Numbered from the stretch's first letter, positions 51,954 through 62,865 are shown. The stretch is 64,000 bases of DNA from an uncultured Verrucomicrobiae bacterium (GCA_963815455.1 CAWFGO010000005.1:96001-160000); one strand, 5' to 3'. The notes: generated by a model from the sequence alone, not told the origin. Numbers and translations are program-made.

Positions 51954-52346
51954 ATGACTGCGCAGACCTTTTTTAGCGAGCTGAAGCGGCGTAATGTTTA
52001 CAAGGTCGCGCTCGCTTACGCGGTCATCGCGTGGCTCCTGATCGAATCAGCGTCGGTTGCGCTTTTCGATCATGAAGAACGGGCCGGAGCCGTAACGGTG
52101 CTCATCGTGATCCTGGGGCTTGGCTTTTTCCTGGCGCTCTACATTTCCTGGGCGTTCGAAGCCACCCCGCAAGGAATGAAACGCACCGAGAACGTCCCGG
52201 CCGACGCCGTCCTGCCGACGTGGAGTCGCCGGAAATTCACGATGTTCATTGTGATCGTCGCCGCGCTCGCCGCGAGTCTGCTCGTGTTCGATGTGGCTCG
52301 CAGCCGAACCAAATCGACTTCGCCGCAAACAACAGCCGCGCCTTAA
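51954..52346 (+). CDS. Stand-alone N-terminal membrane domain of the TolB-like/TPR family
   Basis: FFSELKRRNVYKVALAYAVIAWLLI...SWAFEATPQGMKRT; stops after TM3. Confidence 0.75.
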   Translation: MTAQTFFSELKRRNVYKVALAYAVIAWLLIESASVALFDHEERAGAVTVLIVILGLGFFLALYISWAFEATPQGMKRTENVPADAVLPTWSRRKFTMFIVIVAALAASLLVFDVARSRTKSTSPQTTAAP

Positions 52347-53116
52347 GTAATCGTCCCTCCGGCTCGGACCGAGAGCGGATCACTTCCGCATTTCCCGTCC
52401 ACGCGCCAAAAAATGGCCTCGTTGTCGATCTTCTCGATAGGGGCGGTAATGGAGAGTTGCGATCTGAATTCATTCGCCGCCTTGGCGCATCCTTCCCAGG
52501 CATTGTAATCGTCCAGAATAATGATCCCTCCGGGCGAGATGAGTGGATAAAGATAGTTTAGACAAACCCGGGTCGATTCGTACCAATCGCCATCCAGACG
52601 CAAAATTGCGATTGGCCCCATCTTTCCCGCCAAATCGGGGACCGTTTCCTGGAACCATCCCGCATGAAACGCGGTGGTCTGCGGATCCAGATCGAAATGT
52701 GAAAAGAGAAACTCCTTAACCTCGGGGAGCTCCGAACGACACTGGCCAACACTTTTTAAAGCGCCGGATGAACGTCCCCCGCTGATTTCCGCGGCCCGGG
52801 CTCCGTCATCCGAAGTCGGTTCGGGCAGACCCTCAAACGAATCGAACAGATGCAACGTCCGATTTGCCCCGGCCCGCTTCAAGACCAGCCCCATGATGGC
52901 CGCCGATCCGCCCTTCCACACTCCACATTCCACGAAACTGCCTTCCACATTCTCATTCAATATCTGGTTGCAAATATCCCAGAGATGCTTGCACCGCGCC
53001 GGGCTCGTTACGGTGTATCGCCGCACCCGGTACAGCGTCATCGCCCGCGGAATGGAAGGAAGTCCTTCGAAGAACCAACGCCAGCGACTCTGCTGCAACC
53101 GGTAAAGAAAGCTCAT
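52343..53116 (-). CDS. TylF/MycF-family O-methyltransferase
   Basis: VECGVWKGGS, FDSFEGLP, GWFQET, LRLDGDWYEST, DDY..W.GC. Confidence 0.92.
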   Translation of the reverse strand: MSFLYRLQQSRWRWFFEGLPSIPRAMTLYRVRRYTVTSPARCKHLWDICNQILNENVEGSFVECGVWKGGSAAIMGLVLKRAGANRTLHLFDSFEGLPEPTSDDGARAAEISGGRSSGALKSVGQCRSELPEVKEFLFSHFDLDPQTTAFHAGWFQETVPDLAGKMGPIAILRLDGDWYESTRVCLNYLYPLISPGGIIILDDYNAWEGCAKAANEFRSQLSITAPIEKIDNEAIFWRVDGKCGSDPLSVRAGGTIT

Positions 53117-54138
53117 TGGAGTTAAAGGCCGCGAACGGCGCGACCGCCTAACGGTCGATTCCCTGTCATCGCAGTTCAACCTTTATCGTCTGGGTGTTGC
53201 CCTTTTTCCAACCGCGGATTACCCGACACGGCGGGCAGGCAGCGGATATCCTGATAGACAATCTGGATTCGATCCGCGGAAATCCGCGCAATCCGCGGTT
53301 AACATCCATTCGTCCTTTCTTCGGGTTATTAGAATCCCGCGGACGAGCTTCGTTCCCTTCTGTAAAATTCTTCAATCCATCGGCGCAAATCAGCGTCATC
53401 CGCGGTTAGAGCATCCTCGCCTTTTTCTTCCGGATGGTTGCAAGGAGGGCGCTTTCCGCTCGCCCTGGCCTGCCTGGCCAAAAGACAATCAGCGCCCTGG
53501 AGAATGCGACAATCGCGGCCGGAGAAAGCGGATCCGCGAAGGTCGCAACCGAAGAACTTTCCGGCTGCGGGTCGATTTCCCAAAAGTCAGCCAGCGCCCG
53601 TTACGTCCAGTTGGAATCTTGTGCTGCGCCAGATAAAGCGCGCCGTTCTCAGTTACCGTTGGTTCCATCATAGCAATTTCCCCCTGTTTGTCCGATTTGA
53701 TTCTATTTCGTGTTTGAGACGGCCTCCGGCCGTAAACATTCAATGCTTCCCAGACCTCCTCCCTGGCCATTGAGCGTTGGGCGTTTGCTGCTGCCGCCAT
53801 AAAACCGCAGTCGCTCACCTCCCGGTCTGATCTCCGGTCCTTCGCCTCTCATGCTTCGTTCCCTTCGCCTGCTCGCGAAGACTTTCGGAGTTGCCTTCTG
53901 TAAAGAACAGATCGGTTCCTGTCGCTTTGCTTTTCCCCGTTTGCTCTTCGCTCTTCGCCCTCCGCGCTTCGCCCCGTTTGAGGCTTCGTTGATTGGAGCT
54001 TCGAGCTTCCCTGGTGCTTGGGGGTTGGAACTTGGAGCTTCCCGTTCCGTTGTAGCCGGGGTCGCCGACCCCGGAAGTCAGCAGTCCGTTGTCCGTGGTC
54101 AGTTGTCAGGACCAGGCTACGCCGCTACGGTCTTTCTT

Positions 54139-54621
54139 ATGCGTAAACAGTATTCCGCTCCGCCGCCGATGACGATCGATGTGAACAAGAAATATTCCGC
54201 CACATTCAACACGTCCCGCGGCGAAATCGTTTGCGAGCTGTTCGCCAAGGAGGCTCCCAAGACCGTGAACAATTTCGTCTTCCTCGCCCGCGACAAGTTC
54301 TACGATGGGCTCGTCTTTCATCGCGTCATTCCCAATTTCATGGTCCAGGGCGGCGACCCGACCGGCACCGGCCGCGGAGGTCCGGGCTACAAATTCGAAG
54401 ACGAAGTGAAGTCGAACTCGCACAAACACCAGGTCGGCAGTTTATCGATGGCCAACGCCGGACCGAACACCAACGGCAGCCAGTTCTTCATCACCCACGT
54501 CGCCACCAACTGGCTCGACGGCAAACACACCGTGTTCGGTAAGGTGCTCTCCGGTCAGGACGTGGTGAATGCCATCAAAGGAGGCGACGAACTGACATCG
54601 GTAATGATCACCGAGTCGTAG
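54139..54621 (+). CDS. Cyclophilin-type peptidyl-prolyl isomerase
   Basis: [41 protein letters not shown]. Confidence 0.96.
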   Translation: MRKQYSAPPPMTIDVNKKYSATFNTSRGEIVCELFAKEAPKTVNNFVFLARDKFYDGLVFHRVIPNFMVQGGDPTGTGRGGPGYKFEDEVKSNSHKHQVGSLSMANAGPNTNGSQFFITHVATNWLDGKHTVFGKVLSGQDVVNAIKGGDELTSVMITES

Positions 54622-54778
54622 TTTGGTTCGACCTGTAGCCGCCTCGCTATGTCGAGGCGTCCCGCGCAACACGTCACTTCCATGCCTTGCACCGAGCCAT
54701 AGTTTGGTATTGCTGCTGGTAGCGCGGGTGTCGACCGTGGTGCTGGAGGGATGAGCTTCCGCTCGTCCAGCTCTCTGT

Positions 54779-54804
54779 CGCGGTCAAGATTTGATGACTA
54801 CCCC
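54779..54804 (+). repeat. 26-bp inverted repeat, left copy
   Basis: CGCGGTCAAGATTTGATGACTACCCC; its reverse complement matches 62919-62944 at 23/26. Confidence 0.8.
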
Positions 54805-54964
54805 AATTCCAATTTTCGATCTGACCCCCGATCATCCACGGATTTTGAACCGCAGATAACGCGGATTAAACGGATGCCCGGACGTAAGAGAGCGGGAGGC
54901 GAACGAATCAAAGCGTTCGCGGGCGTCCTACGGCAGCCTTTTCAACTCTTCAACATCTCAACGG

Positions 54965-55053
54965 TCCCGTGGTCCGTTGTCAGTCGTCCGTTGTCCGTTG
55001 TCCGTTGTCCGTTGTCAAGCCGTCCCTCGTCCGTAGTCCGTGGTCAGTAGTCA
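54965..55053. repeat. Degenerate heptamer array (GTCCGTT/GTCAGTA)
   Basis: About a dozen imperfect units; similar units near 54078-54108 and 55435-55510. Confidence 0.75.
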
Positions 55054-55916
55054 GAATCCGCTCCGAATGCCCCGGCTTGAATCGCGCGGACCGACGTCGT
55101 TGCTCAATTTTGCCCAACAAGCTCGGACCGCGTGTCGCTCGTGGTCCCACGGCAATGCTGAGCCGATACGATGTCGTTGAAACCCAAGCGCGACGTCATC
55201 CGTAATGTTGGTTAGATGAATCAGTGGTTTCCTGGCTGCCTGCGGTTTTTTTGAAATGGCTTTTTTCATGTTGATCGGCCTCCGGTTTGTTTTTCTCTTT
55301 CCCAAACCAGTTTCGGCGCTGTGATCTGTCGATACTCAGCCCAAATTGTGAACAACTAACCATTTCTTGTCCTTCCTGCCCTTCTGGAAACCTTGTAGCC
55401 GCGGGTCGAAGACTCGCCGTGGAGAGCGCCGACCGCGGTCAGTAGTCAGCCTGCCATCGGACGGCCCCGAACGCATTCGGGGTAGTCTGGTAGTCCGTGG
55501 TCGTGTGGTCTGCGCCCCCCCTTCGCCCACTGCCTGCCTGCCGAGCCGTCTTGTCGCGCCGTAGCTTTCCTGGCACGCCGAAGCCTTGGCGAAGGAGGCA
55601 GCGAAGGAGGAAATCTGGTGAAGGCTGGCCGCGCCGTCTTGCCTGCCAAGCCGCGTGGCGCAGCTTTACGCGGCGAAGGCGGGTCGGTCAATCCAATGCA
55701 ACCCTAATCTGACCCCAACGCTTGGATTTCTCAAGTGTGGAAAGTGAAGATCAGACCCCGATTCTCCCTTTTTTGATTTTGTGCACCTTACCTCCTTGCG
55801 TGCGCGGCCTACTTGTGCACAATCCAGTATGTGGAATCCCTGAAGCGAATCGGCATAATTTCTTCAATCTGGGCGATTTTGGCTGCGATTTGGAAATTTG
55901 TTGGCCATATTAGCAA

Positions 55917-57813
55917 TGCGCAAACTGTGTGGGATATCTGCAAAGGCTGGCCAACGATTCTTCGGTATCCGCTTCAATATTAACAGCGCCCGCGCTACCG
56001 CTCGTTATCTCGGCGCTTTGTTTGATCGGGTGGATTGTTATTCCACGCATTTCAGCAAGCCTCCATTCAGAAAACGGCCCGACAAGCCTGAGTTGGCAGG
56101 CAATTGGCGCCGCACTTAGGCGATCTAAGATGGGCCTCTGGATTAGCATAGTCGCTATCCTGATCGGTGTTGCGACTGGAGTGTGGCACATGCTCAACAA
56201 GTCGACTGGTCCCCCCTTCCGAAGATGCAAAGAGGAAGCTTGTTGCTATTTTTCCGATTCAGAACCTCAGCAGCCAAAAGGAAGATGCTTACGTGGCTGA
56301 TGCCCTAACCGAGATGATAGCCGAAAGATTGGCCAAGCTTCATGATTTGGCTGTAGCGCGACGATTTGCATCAACAACTGTGAATAGTGGGCAACCGCCG
56401 GATGTAACCATCGAAGGCACTGTGCAAAAGTCCGGCGACGATATCTCAGTCAGCGTTGAGGTTGCCTGCAAGGGAGAAGACGCACGGCGATATTCATGGG
56501 ATCGCACCTTTAACAATCTTTTTGGGATTGAAGGCGATATTGCCAAACAAATTGCGAACCACCTAAGGGCAGAAATGACGGCAGATGAAAAGGATGCCAT
56601 TGGCGATATTGGCACTGTCAATGCGGATGCGTACAGCGCATATTTGCGTGGTCTGCTTTTGCCCATCCCGCGGGTAATAGGTCATCGAACGAGACAGCGG
56701 CGATCGCGGCATTCCGAGAGGCCACCACGAAGGATCCTTTCTTTGCTTTGGCGTGGGCAGAGTTAGCATTCTGTTGCGTCAGCATGAGTGAGACCGACGA
56801 CGATAAAAATCGTGCTGACGCGATCGCAGCCAGTGAAAAGGCCATGCAGTTTCGCCCACAAACTGGCGAGGCACTATGGGCAGAAGCTTATGTGCAAGAT
56901 CGATTGTTGCGTAACTATGAGAAGGCCAACTTTGCGTATCACCAGGCCAAAGACCGTCTTCCGGGAGAGCCAGAAATTAGAATGCACCTCGCATATCTGG
57001 CTCGACGCGCGGGAAAATGGGAAGATTCTCTCAATTACTTTCAAGAGGCGATGGCGTGCGACCCGTGGAATAGCGGTGCGTTCAAACAATGGGGCGAGAC
57101 AAATCAAGCTATGCACCGCTTTGATGTTGCCCTAGAAGCCTACGAGCGCCTCCTGAAGGCGGCCGAATATATCGATATTCTCGCGTTGGAAATTTCTATC
57201 TATCAGGCACAAGGGGATTTCGCAAAGTCGGGGGATTTGCTGCGGCGGTTGGAACTCAACCCGAGCAAACCCATAACCGTTGAAAGTCATTTTCAGCAGC
57301 TGTGGCTGAGAAGGCAATTCGCCGAAGCCAAGAAGCTGATTGAGCAAGCTATGGCCGGTAGTAGCCTGGGGAGTTTTCAGTCCACAAAGTATCGAATTCA
57401 GCACGGCAGGCTCGAAGATGCTCTCGATGGTTTCCCTAGGTACGAACGAGAGGCTCGTGATGAATTGAAAATCTTGCGTCAGAAATCGCCGAAGGACGCC
57501 GAATATGCACTGTTCTTGTCACAAGCATATCTCGGTCTACGAAGATCGGACCAAGCGCAGGCCGAGGCCACAGAAGCTGTTCATCTAGCAGGTCGCAGCC
57601 CCAGCGCATTCTCTGGTCCTTCGTATGAATTAAATCTCACCTTCGTTGAGGCACAAACGGGTTTGACCGAACGCGCCGTGTCAAAGCTCGAGCGGCTCGT
57701 TAGCGTCTATGGCAATTTTTCTCCTCCGCTAACGCGCTCTCATGCGAAATGATCCTCGGTGGGACTCGCTTCGTGACAATAAGAGATTCCAAACTTTAGT
57801 GAAAGGTAAATGA
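55917..57813 (+). CDS. Membrane-anchored TolB-like/TPR protein with at least four frameshifts (possible pseudogene)
   Basis: TM segments, VAIFPIQNLS...YVADALTE, TVNADAYSAYLRG, TPRs, terminal RNDPRWDSLRDNKRFQTL in a further frame ending TGA 57813. Confidence 0.75.
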
Positions 57814-57849
57814 TCCGTAACCTTCGGGCCCCCCATTCCGCAAACGCAG

Positions 57850-58297
57850 CAATTTGCTCAGGTGTGAGCGTAATTGAGCGATTTTGCGATCGCTCACAAA
57901 ACAGCCGCCGCCGTTCCCGCAATCGCCTTTTGGCGAAGGAACGACTGCGGTGAAATGCAGCGGTTCCGTTGAGGGCGGTCCACGACAACAACTGCGGCTT
58001 TTGGTTAGCCGCGAAATAAGTTGGAAGTTTTCCGGCCGGCGAAAGGTCCGGCCGTTTTTCGTAGACGCGGCCTTTGAACCAGTGGTCGGTTTCAAATTTT
58101 TCGTTCTCGGTATCCCATTTGATCATCAACACCTGCTTGGAAGGACCTCGCCGCAAAACCACTCCGACCGGGCCATCCCGGGCGAGCAGCCCCCAGAGCC
58201 GCGTAGCAGGTTGTTCTTCGAAACCATGCGGAACTCGTTCAATAGTTCGAACGAACCGCCAAAAATTCACGGGCGATTCGCTGTGCGCGTCCTGCAT
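57850..58297 (-). pseudogene. Degenerate fragment of a conserved hypothetical protein (RRGPS family)
   Basis: RLWGLLAR..P.GVVLRRGPSK..WD...WFKGRVY..DLSP.GK...YFA, after which the frame decays. Confidence 0.55.
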
Positions 58298-58478
58298 GGG
58301 ATGTCAAAGGGTTAGATGCGACCCCGCTCTGCCGCTCGGGAAAAAGTTCGATTCCGCGGCGTGTTGATAGGATTTCATGCGCGGGTCAACTGGATAGCTT
58401 GTCGAATCCGTCCGAGATTTAGCGACGAAAGCCAAGATCAGAAGATAATGTCGATCCAACGAGTCAAATATTCGTATC

Positions 58479-59304
58479 TCAGTAATGAGCGGCGATAGGC
58501 GAAAGACTCTTGGGCGAGACTTGCTTCGCGAACTGATTTGGCGATTTTGTCAACTCGTCAAGGTCCTCCAAGGTCCGGTCGCCAGAGGACTCGGCGCACA
58601 GGAATTCAGCGGCTCGCAGTTGTTTATAGGATCCGTTCTTCTGCAGTTCAGGCAGACGAGCGATGGCCTGCCTAGACGCGAAACGCAGCTGCGGAAGCCG
58701 CCACAAGTGACGTGGCGGGTGACCTCGGTTAGGCGGTTAACAAAGCTAACATCGGCCGCAGTTCGTCTGGATTTTCGGTATGCATTTTTTAAAATGCACG
58801 CCTGAATGATCAGCTCTGGAGCTTTGTCGTCTAACCAGTTTCTTCGCTGTGCTTTGGCCAAGAGCCCAGACCACGAAAATACAAAAAGCCGTCATTCGCA
58901 AACCGGCGAATCAGTCCATTGCGAATGGTACTGACTAGCATATCAGCTACAACAGCTACGCCACGACGACCTCGTGGCGCGAGTTCAATCAATTCTAAGA
59001 GATCCAAATTTGATGCGATCTCGGAATCGTAATCGCGGGCCGGCCGCCACATCGCCTTCAATCTTAAGAAATCGCGAGGGCTACCAGCCAGCAGTTCACC
59101 TTCGTCAATGATGTGCTTAAAAAACAAACTGCCGCGTGTCGCAAGAAAAAGCGCCGCCGCGGACGTAAACTCGGCAATGTTTTTGTTGGGCTGTGTCGAC
59201 GGACGTATCCCTCTAGCAAATTCTCCAATTAAGAGGAGATCTCGATCAGAACTCGCATCATAATCGCAACGCGTCCTACTACCGAATCCAATAGCCAGAT
59301 TCAT
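58479..59304 (-). CDS. halB: Pol-beta-like nucleotidyltransferase, HalB-like (two frameshifts)
   Basis: FGSRTRCDYDASSDRDLL (GS...DxD), GSLFFKHIIDEG; continues FSW..LLAKAQ..LKNAYRK (58550 frame) and YKQLRAAE (58479 frame). Start overlaps the channel gene stop. Confidence 0.72.
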
Positions 59305-60141
59305 CGAATAACCTTTCGGACGATTGAATTTATTGCCGCTGAAAAAATGCTAATCCCCGCGACTACGTTCACAATTACCATGATGTAGCCCAAATCCGTG
59401 TCCGGCGCGTAGCCGGCCGCTCCCAGTGTGCACATCGTCGTGATAGTAAAATATAACGTCTTGACCGGCGAAAACTCAACGGGTCCTCTGAAGAACAATG
59501 GCGCCAGCGAGTGATTAACTGCGAAGATGGTAATTATCGCAGCGGCTGTTGTGGCGAGGAAATTTCTTAAGCGGTAGCCATAGCCGAATAGGGTTCCAAA
59601 AAGCCACGGATGACAAAACTCGGCACATAGCAATACCAAGCCTCTTTCTTTCTTCGCGCTTGCAACACGTCATTTCGACGACTCCAAACAGCGAAATAAT
59701 ATTCCGCCTCGTTTTTGAACTCCTTCTGAGATTCTTGATAGGACCTCTCGTAGTTGCTGATAGAGGTGAACGGCAACGTTGGCGTATGACTTGTTGGTAA
59801 CGGCGCGCCGGAATGATGCGGTTTCGCGTAGACATCTCTAAAGCGGGATCGAAAGAAGTTGCAGCACTCGAACGTGCAATCGTGAAATCTTACCGAGTGG
59901 AAAAATGTTCCAACAAAAAGGCAATCGGTGAACGTACACTCAAGAAAGCTCAGTCGCGTCATGCGAGCTTCGAAAACCGGACATTTCGGAAGATGGTGCC
60001 TCGGAAGGTCTGGTCGTGGAGCGTCCTGGCGTCGTAAGAAATATTCGAAACGGTCTTACTCGCCTGGATCGAAGCAAGCAATTGTTGCTGCGTTGCAATC
60101 GGGGCGACAACTCCGTTCAATTTGAAGAAATCGACGAGCAT
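59301..60141 (-). CDS. halA: Pentapeptide-repeat plus two-TM potassium-channel-like protein, HalA-like (about four frameshifts)
   Basis: FRNVRF, FLECTFTDCLFVGT, FHDCTFECCNF repeats; YANVAVHLYQQL and AEYYF helices; GYG, TM, LYFTITTMCTLG pore helix, second TM. Confidence 0.72.
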
Positions 60142-60256
60142 GTTGAAAGGCTGAAGGTGGCAGTCGGATTTGTAAAACTAGTTCGCACCAGCATATCCCC
60201 TTAGCAGGTTCTGCGACTGCGTAATTTTGCTCTTGCCTAATAGGCGCTCCTCGGCC

Positions 60257-60279
60257 ATTGTTCCCAAAATGGGAACAAT
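60257..60279. promoter_or_regulatory. Perfect palindrome, probable HigA operator
   Basis: ATTGTTCCCA-AAA-TGGGAACAAT, 41 nt upstream of the higB ATG, in the divergent intergenic region. Confidence 0.75.
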
Positions 60280-60320
60280 TAGTACCGGCTGCCATCGACA
60301 AACTATGGAGGATTTCCGAA

Positions 60321-60605
60321 ATGCGAATCGTCGGTCGAGAAGTGCTTTATGACTTTATCCTGCAACACGCAGACGCCAAGACAGCCGCGAATGCCTGGCT
60401 GGCGGAAGCCGAAGATGCCGAATGGAAAAGCCCCATGGACATAAAAGTGCGCTATCCACACGCGAGTATTCTGTCTGACCGGCGAGTTATATTCAATTTG
60501 AAGGGAAACAAGTATCGTATGGAGGTCAAAATAAGCTATCAAAATCAGATTTTGCTAATCAAACGCGCGGGAACTCACGCCGAATATTCGCGGTGGGACG
60601 ATTAA
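60321..60605 (+). CDS. higB: HigB-family toxin
   Basis: MRIV...W...A.W.SP.DIK..YP.AS...RVIFNLKGNKYR...GTHAEY; GGAGG RBS upstream. Confidence 0.92.
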   Translation: MRIVGREVLYDFILQHADAKTAANAWLAEAEDAEWKSPMDIKVRYPHASILSDRRVIFNLKGNKYRMEVKISYQNQILLIKRAGTHAEYSRWDD

Positions 60606-61796
60606 ATGGACAACCTTAAGACAATCAAAACCAAGGCAGATTACGCGGCCATTCTCGAAGAGATCGAGAGACTGGTTGATACTGATCCGGCGCTGCACAC
60701 GCCGGAAGCAGATCGCCTAAGTCTGCTGGGCCTTGTCGCCAGCGATTACGAAGCGAAGGCCTTTCCGACAGAAGTTCCAGATGCTGTTGAAGCGATAAGA
60801 TTTCGAATGGAACAGCAAGATCTCACGCCGCGGGACCTCATACCATACATCGGGAGCCGTAGTAAGGTTTCCGAGAAATAAAGCCGGAAACGTCCGCTCA
60901 CACTAGCAATGGTACGAGTACCCCATGACCGACTGCATATTCCGGCAAAAGCTCTGATCCAACAACGTGAGTTGATCGAATCTGACACGTTAGAACTGGA
61001 CTGGACGCGATTTCCGCTACGCGACATGCATGCCTATGGATGGATTGGGAAATCTTTGGCAAGTTTACGCCAGTTCGTGGCTCAGCTGCCGCCGTCATCT
61101 GAAGCGGAGGTTTTTTGTCGCAAGACAATGCACATCAGGTCGGCCAGGAAGATGGACATTTATGCGCTTAAGGCTTGGACAGCGCGGGTGATCATTGAGG
61201 CGGACAAGATTGAAGCGCCACCGTTTCAGGCGGAATGTCTGACTTCTCAATTCATGACCGAAGTAGCAAAACTAAGTGTGCGCGCCGATGGCCCAAAGGC
61301 AGCTCAGGAATTTCTTATTGCTCACGGCATTCGAGTAGTCGTTGAACGACATTTGCCACACACATACTTAGACGGTGCCGCAATACTGGTTATCAACGAG
61401 CGGCCGATTATTGGTTTAACTATTCGTCATGATCGTTTGGATAACTTTTGGTTTACCCTTTTTCATGAGTTGGCCCACATTGCACTACACCTAGGATCGG
61501 AGGAAACGCAGTTTATTGACGATCTTGACGTAGACGCGCAGGGTGATTCCAAGGAAAATGAAGCGGACCATTTAGCGGGCGAAACGCTGATCCCAACAAG
61601 CGTTTGGGCAAAAAGCCCTGCAAGTAAGTTTCGCTCACCTTCAGCCGCACTGCACTTAGCGAAAGAACTTGGAATTCATCCTGCAATCGTGGCAGGCCGG
61701 ATGCGGCACCATTGGAAGGAATACCGCTTGCTCAATCAAGTTGTTGGACGCGGTACCGTTCGCCAACATTTTCCTAACGTAAAATGGCCAACATGA
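60606..61796 (+). CDS. higA: HigA HTH antitoxin fused to ImmA/IrrE metallopeptidase; in-frame TAA at 60879-60881
   Basis: EAIRFRMEQQDL...IGSRSKVSE*SRKRPLTLAMVR in one frame; LDGAA, RHDRLDNFWFTLFHELAH (HExxH), ENEAD. Confidence 0.85.
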
Positions 61797-61797
61797 T

Positions 61798-62865
61798 ATG
61801 ACGATTACAGAAAGCACGTACGTCCCGGTTATCCGGTGGAAGGGGGCCGAGAAAATGGCCCTTAGGCAGTTGCATCCGGAAATCAAACAGTCGGTGATGC
61901 CGATTATCGAATTTGTCCCCAAGGACTTCTGGGGTTCATCCGAACACGCTGCCATCAACACCGTTGGCCGGGAAATTGCGGAGAATTGGGGCTGGAAAAA
62001 TCCAGTGATCCTGGATCCGCATCTATTGGGTGACAGAGTGGCGGCTCAGAACATCCGAATTGTTATCAACGCGCTAAAGGAGCGAAACGTTAAATCTGCG
62101 CTGGTGACAGACGTCACACGTAGCGCCGATTACCAAGAATCCGTAGCGCTGGCACTTTCGACGACGAAAGGCTTAGAGTTGTGTCTGCGAATCACTTCTA
62201 TCCACCTTCGTGCTGCAGGCATTAATAAGGCGATTCAGGATTTGCTGGATCAACTCGAGAGACAGTCAAACGAAGTTCATTTAATTCTTGATTTTCAGCA
62301 TATTAGCAATGACGGAATCAATTATCGTCCAACGCTGATCTCGCTGCCATTCTTAAATGAATGGCGCAGTTTAACAACCCTTGGGGGTAGTTTTCCGATC
62401 GACCTAAGCGAGTTAGATCCGCACGAAGAGCACATCCTACAAAGGGGCGAATGGGAATCGTGGTGTTTGCTACGGCAACAGAGCGATCTTAGGCCGGCTT
62501 TCGGTGATTACACTGTCCAACATCCATTTTTTAAGGATCGTGAGGGGGAGGGATTCAACTTCAGTCCAAGCATCCGGTACACTTGTTATGACGGGTACCA
62601 CGTCTTGCGTGGAGAAGGTAGAAAGAAGAAGGGCAAGGGTCCCGGGTGTGAGCAATGGCTGGGAGAAGCAGCACTAATTCGTGACCAGACTCAATTCTCA
62701 GGTGTGGGCTATTCGTGGGGAGACGATTTTATTGATCAAAAGAGCCGGGAAAATCGTAATCCCGGCTCGATTAAGGATTGGTTAGCGGTTGGAATCAACC
62801 ACCACATTACTCTCGTCGCGAATCAGATAGTCGAGGCAAATACTCTGATTAAAGCACGCCGCTAA
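61798..62865 (+). CDS. Beta-family protein (T4 beta-like)
   Basis: YVPVIRWKGAE..AL..L, PIIE, GSFP, FGDY...HP, IRYT, YSWGD.FI, W...GINHHIT.V. Confidence 0.8.
   Translation: MTITESTYVPVIRWKGAEKMALRQLHPEIKQSVMPIIEFVPKDFWGSSEHAAINTVGREIAENWGWKNPVILDPHLLGDRVAAQNIRIVINALKERNVKSALVTDVTRSADYQESVALALSTTKGLELCLRITSIHLRAAGINKAIQDLLDQLERQSNEVHLILDFQHISNDGINYRPTLISLPFLNEWRSLTTLGGSFPIDLSELDPHEEHILQRGEWESWCLLRQQSDLRPAFGDYTVQHPFFKDREGEGFNFSPSIRYTCYDGYHVLRGEGRKKKGKGPGCEQWLGEAALIRDQTQFSGVGYSWGDDFIDQKSRENRNPGSIKDWLAVGINHHITLVANQIVEANTLIKARR

Noticed and set aside
53329..53818. Short minus-strand ORFs between the TylF-family and cyclophilin genes
   Set aside because: No recognisable motif or consistent frame; cannot be supported.
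53851..54138. N-terminal extension of the cyclophilin
   Set aside because: It is translation through repeats and a REP; homology starts near ATG 54139.
55051..55269. Small basic ORF MKKAISKKPQ...
   Set aside because: No family signal and it ends in a heptamer repeat; coding status unsupported.
58479..59304. NTase as a CBASS cyclase or MNT-HEPN antitoxin
   Set aside because: Lacks CD-NTase size and features, has no HEPN partner, and the coupled pentapeptide channel fits Hailong better.
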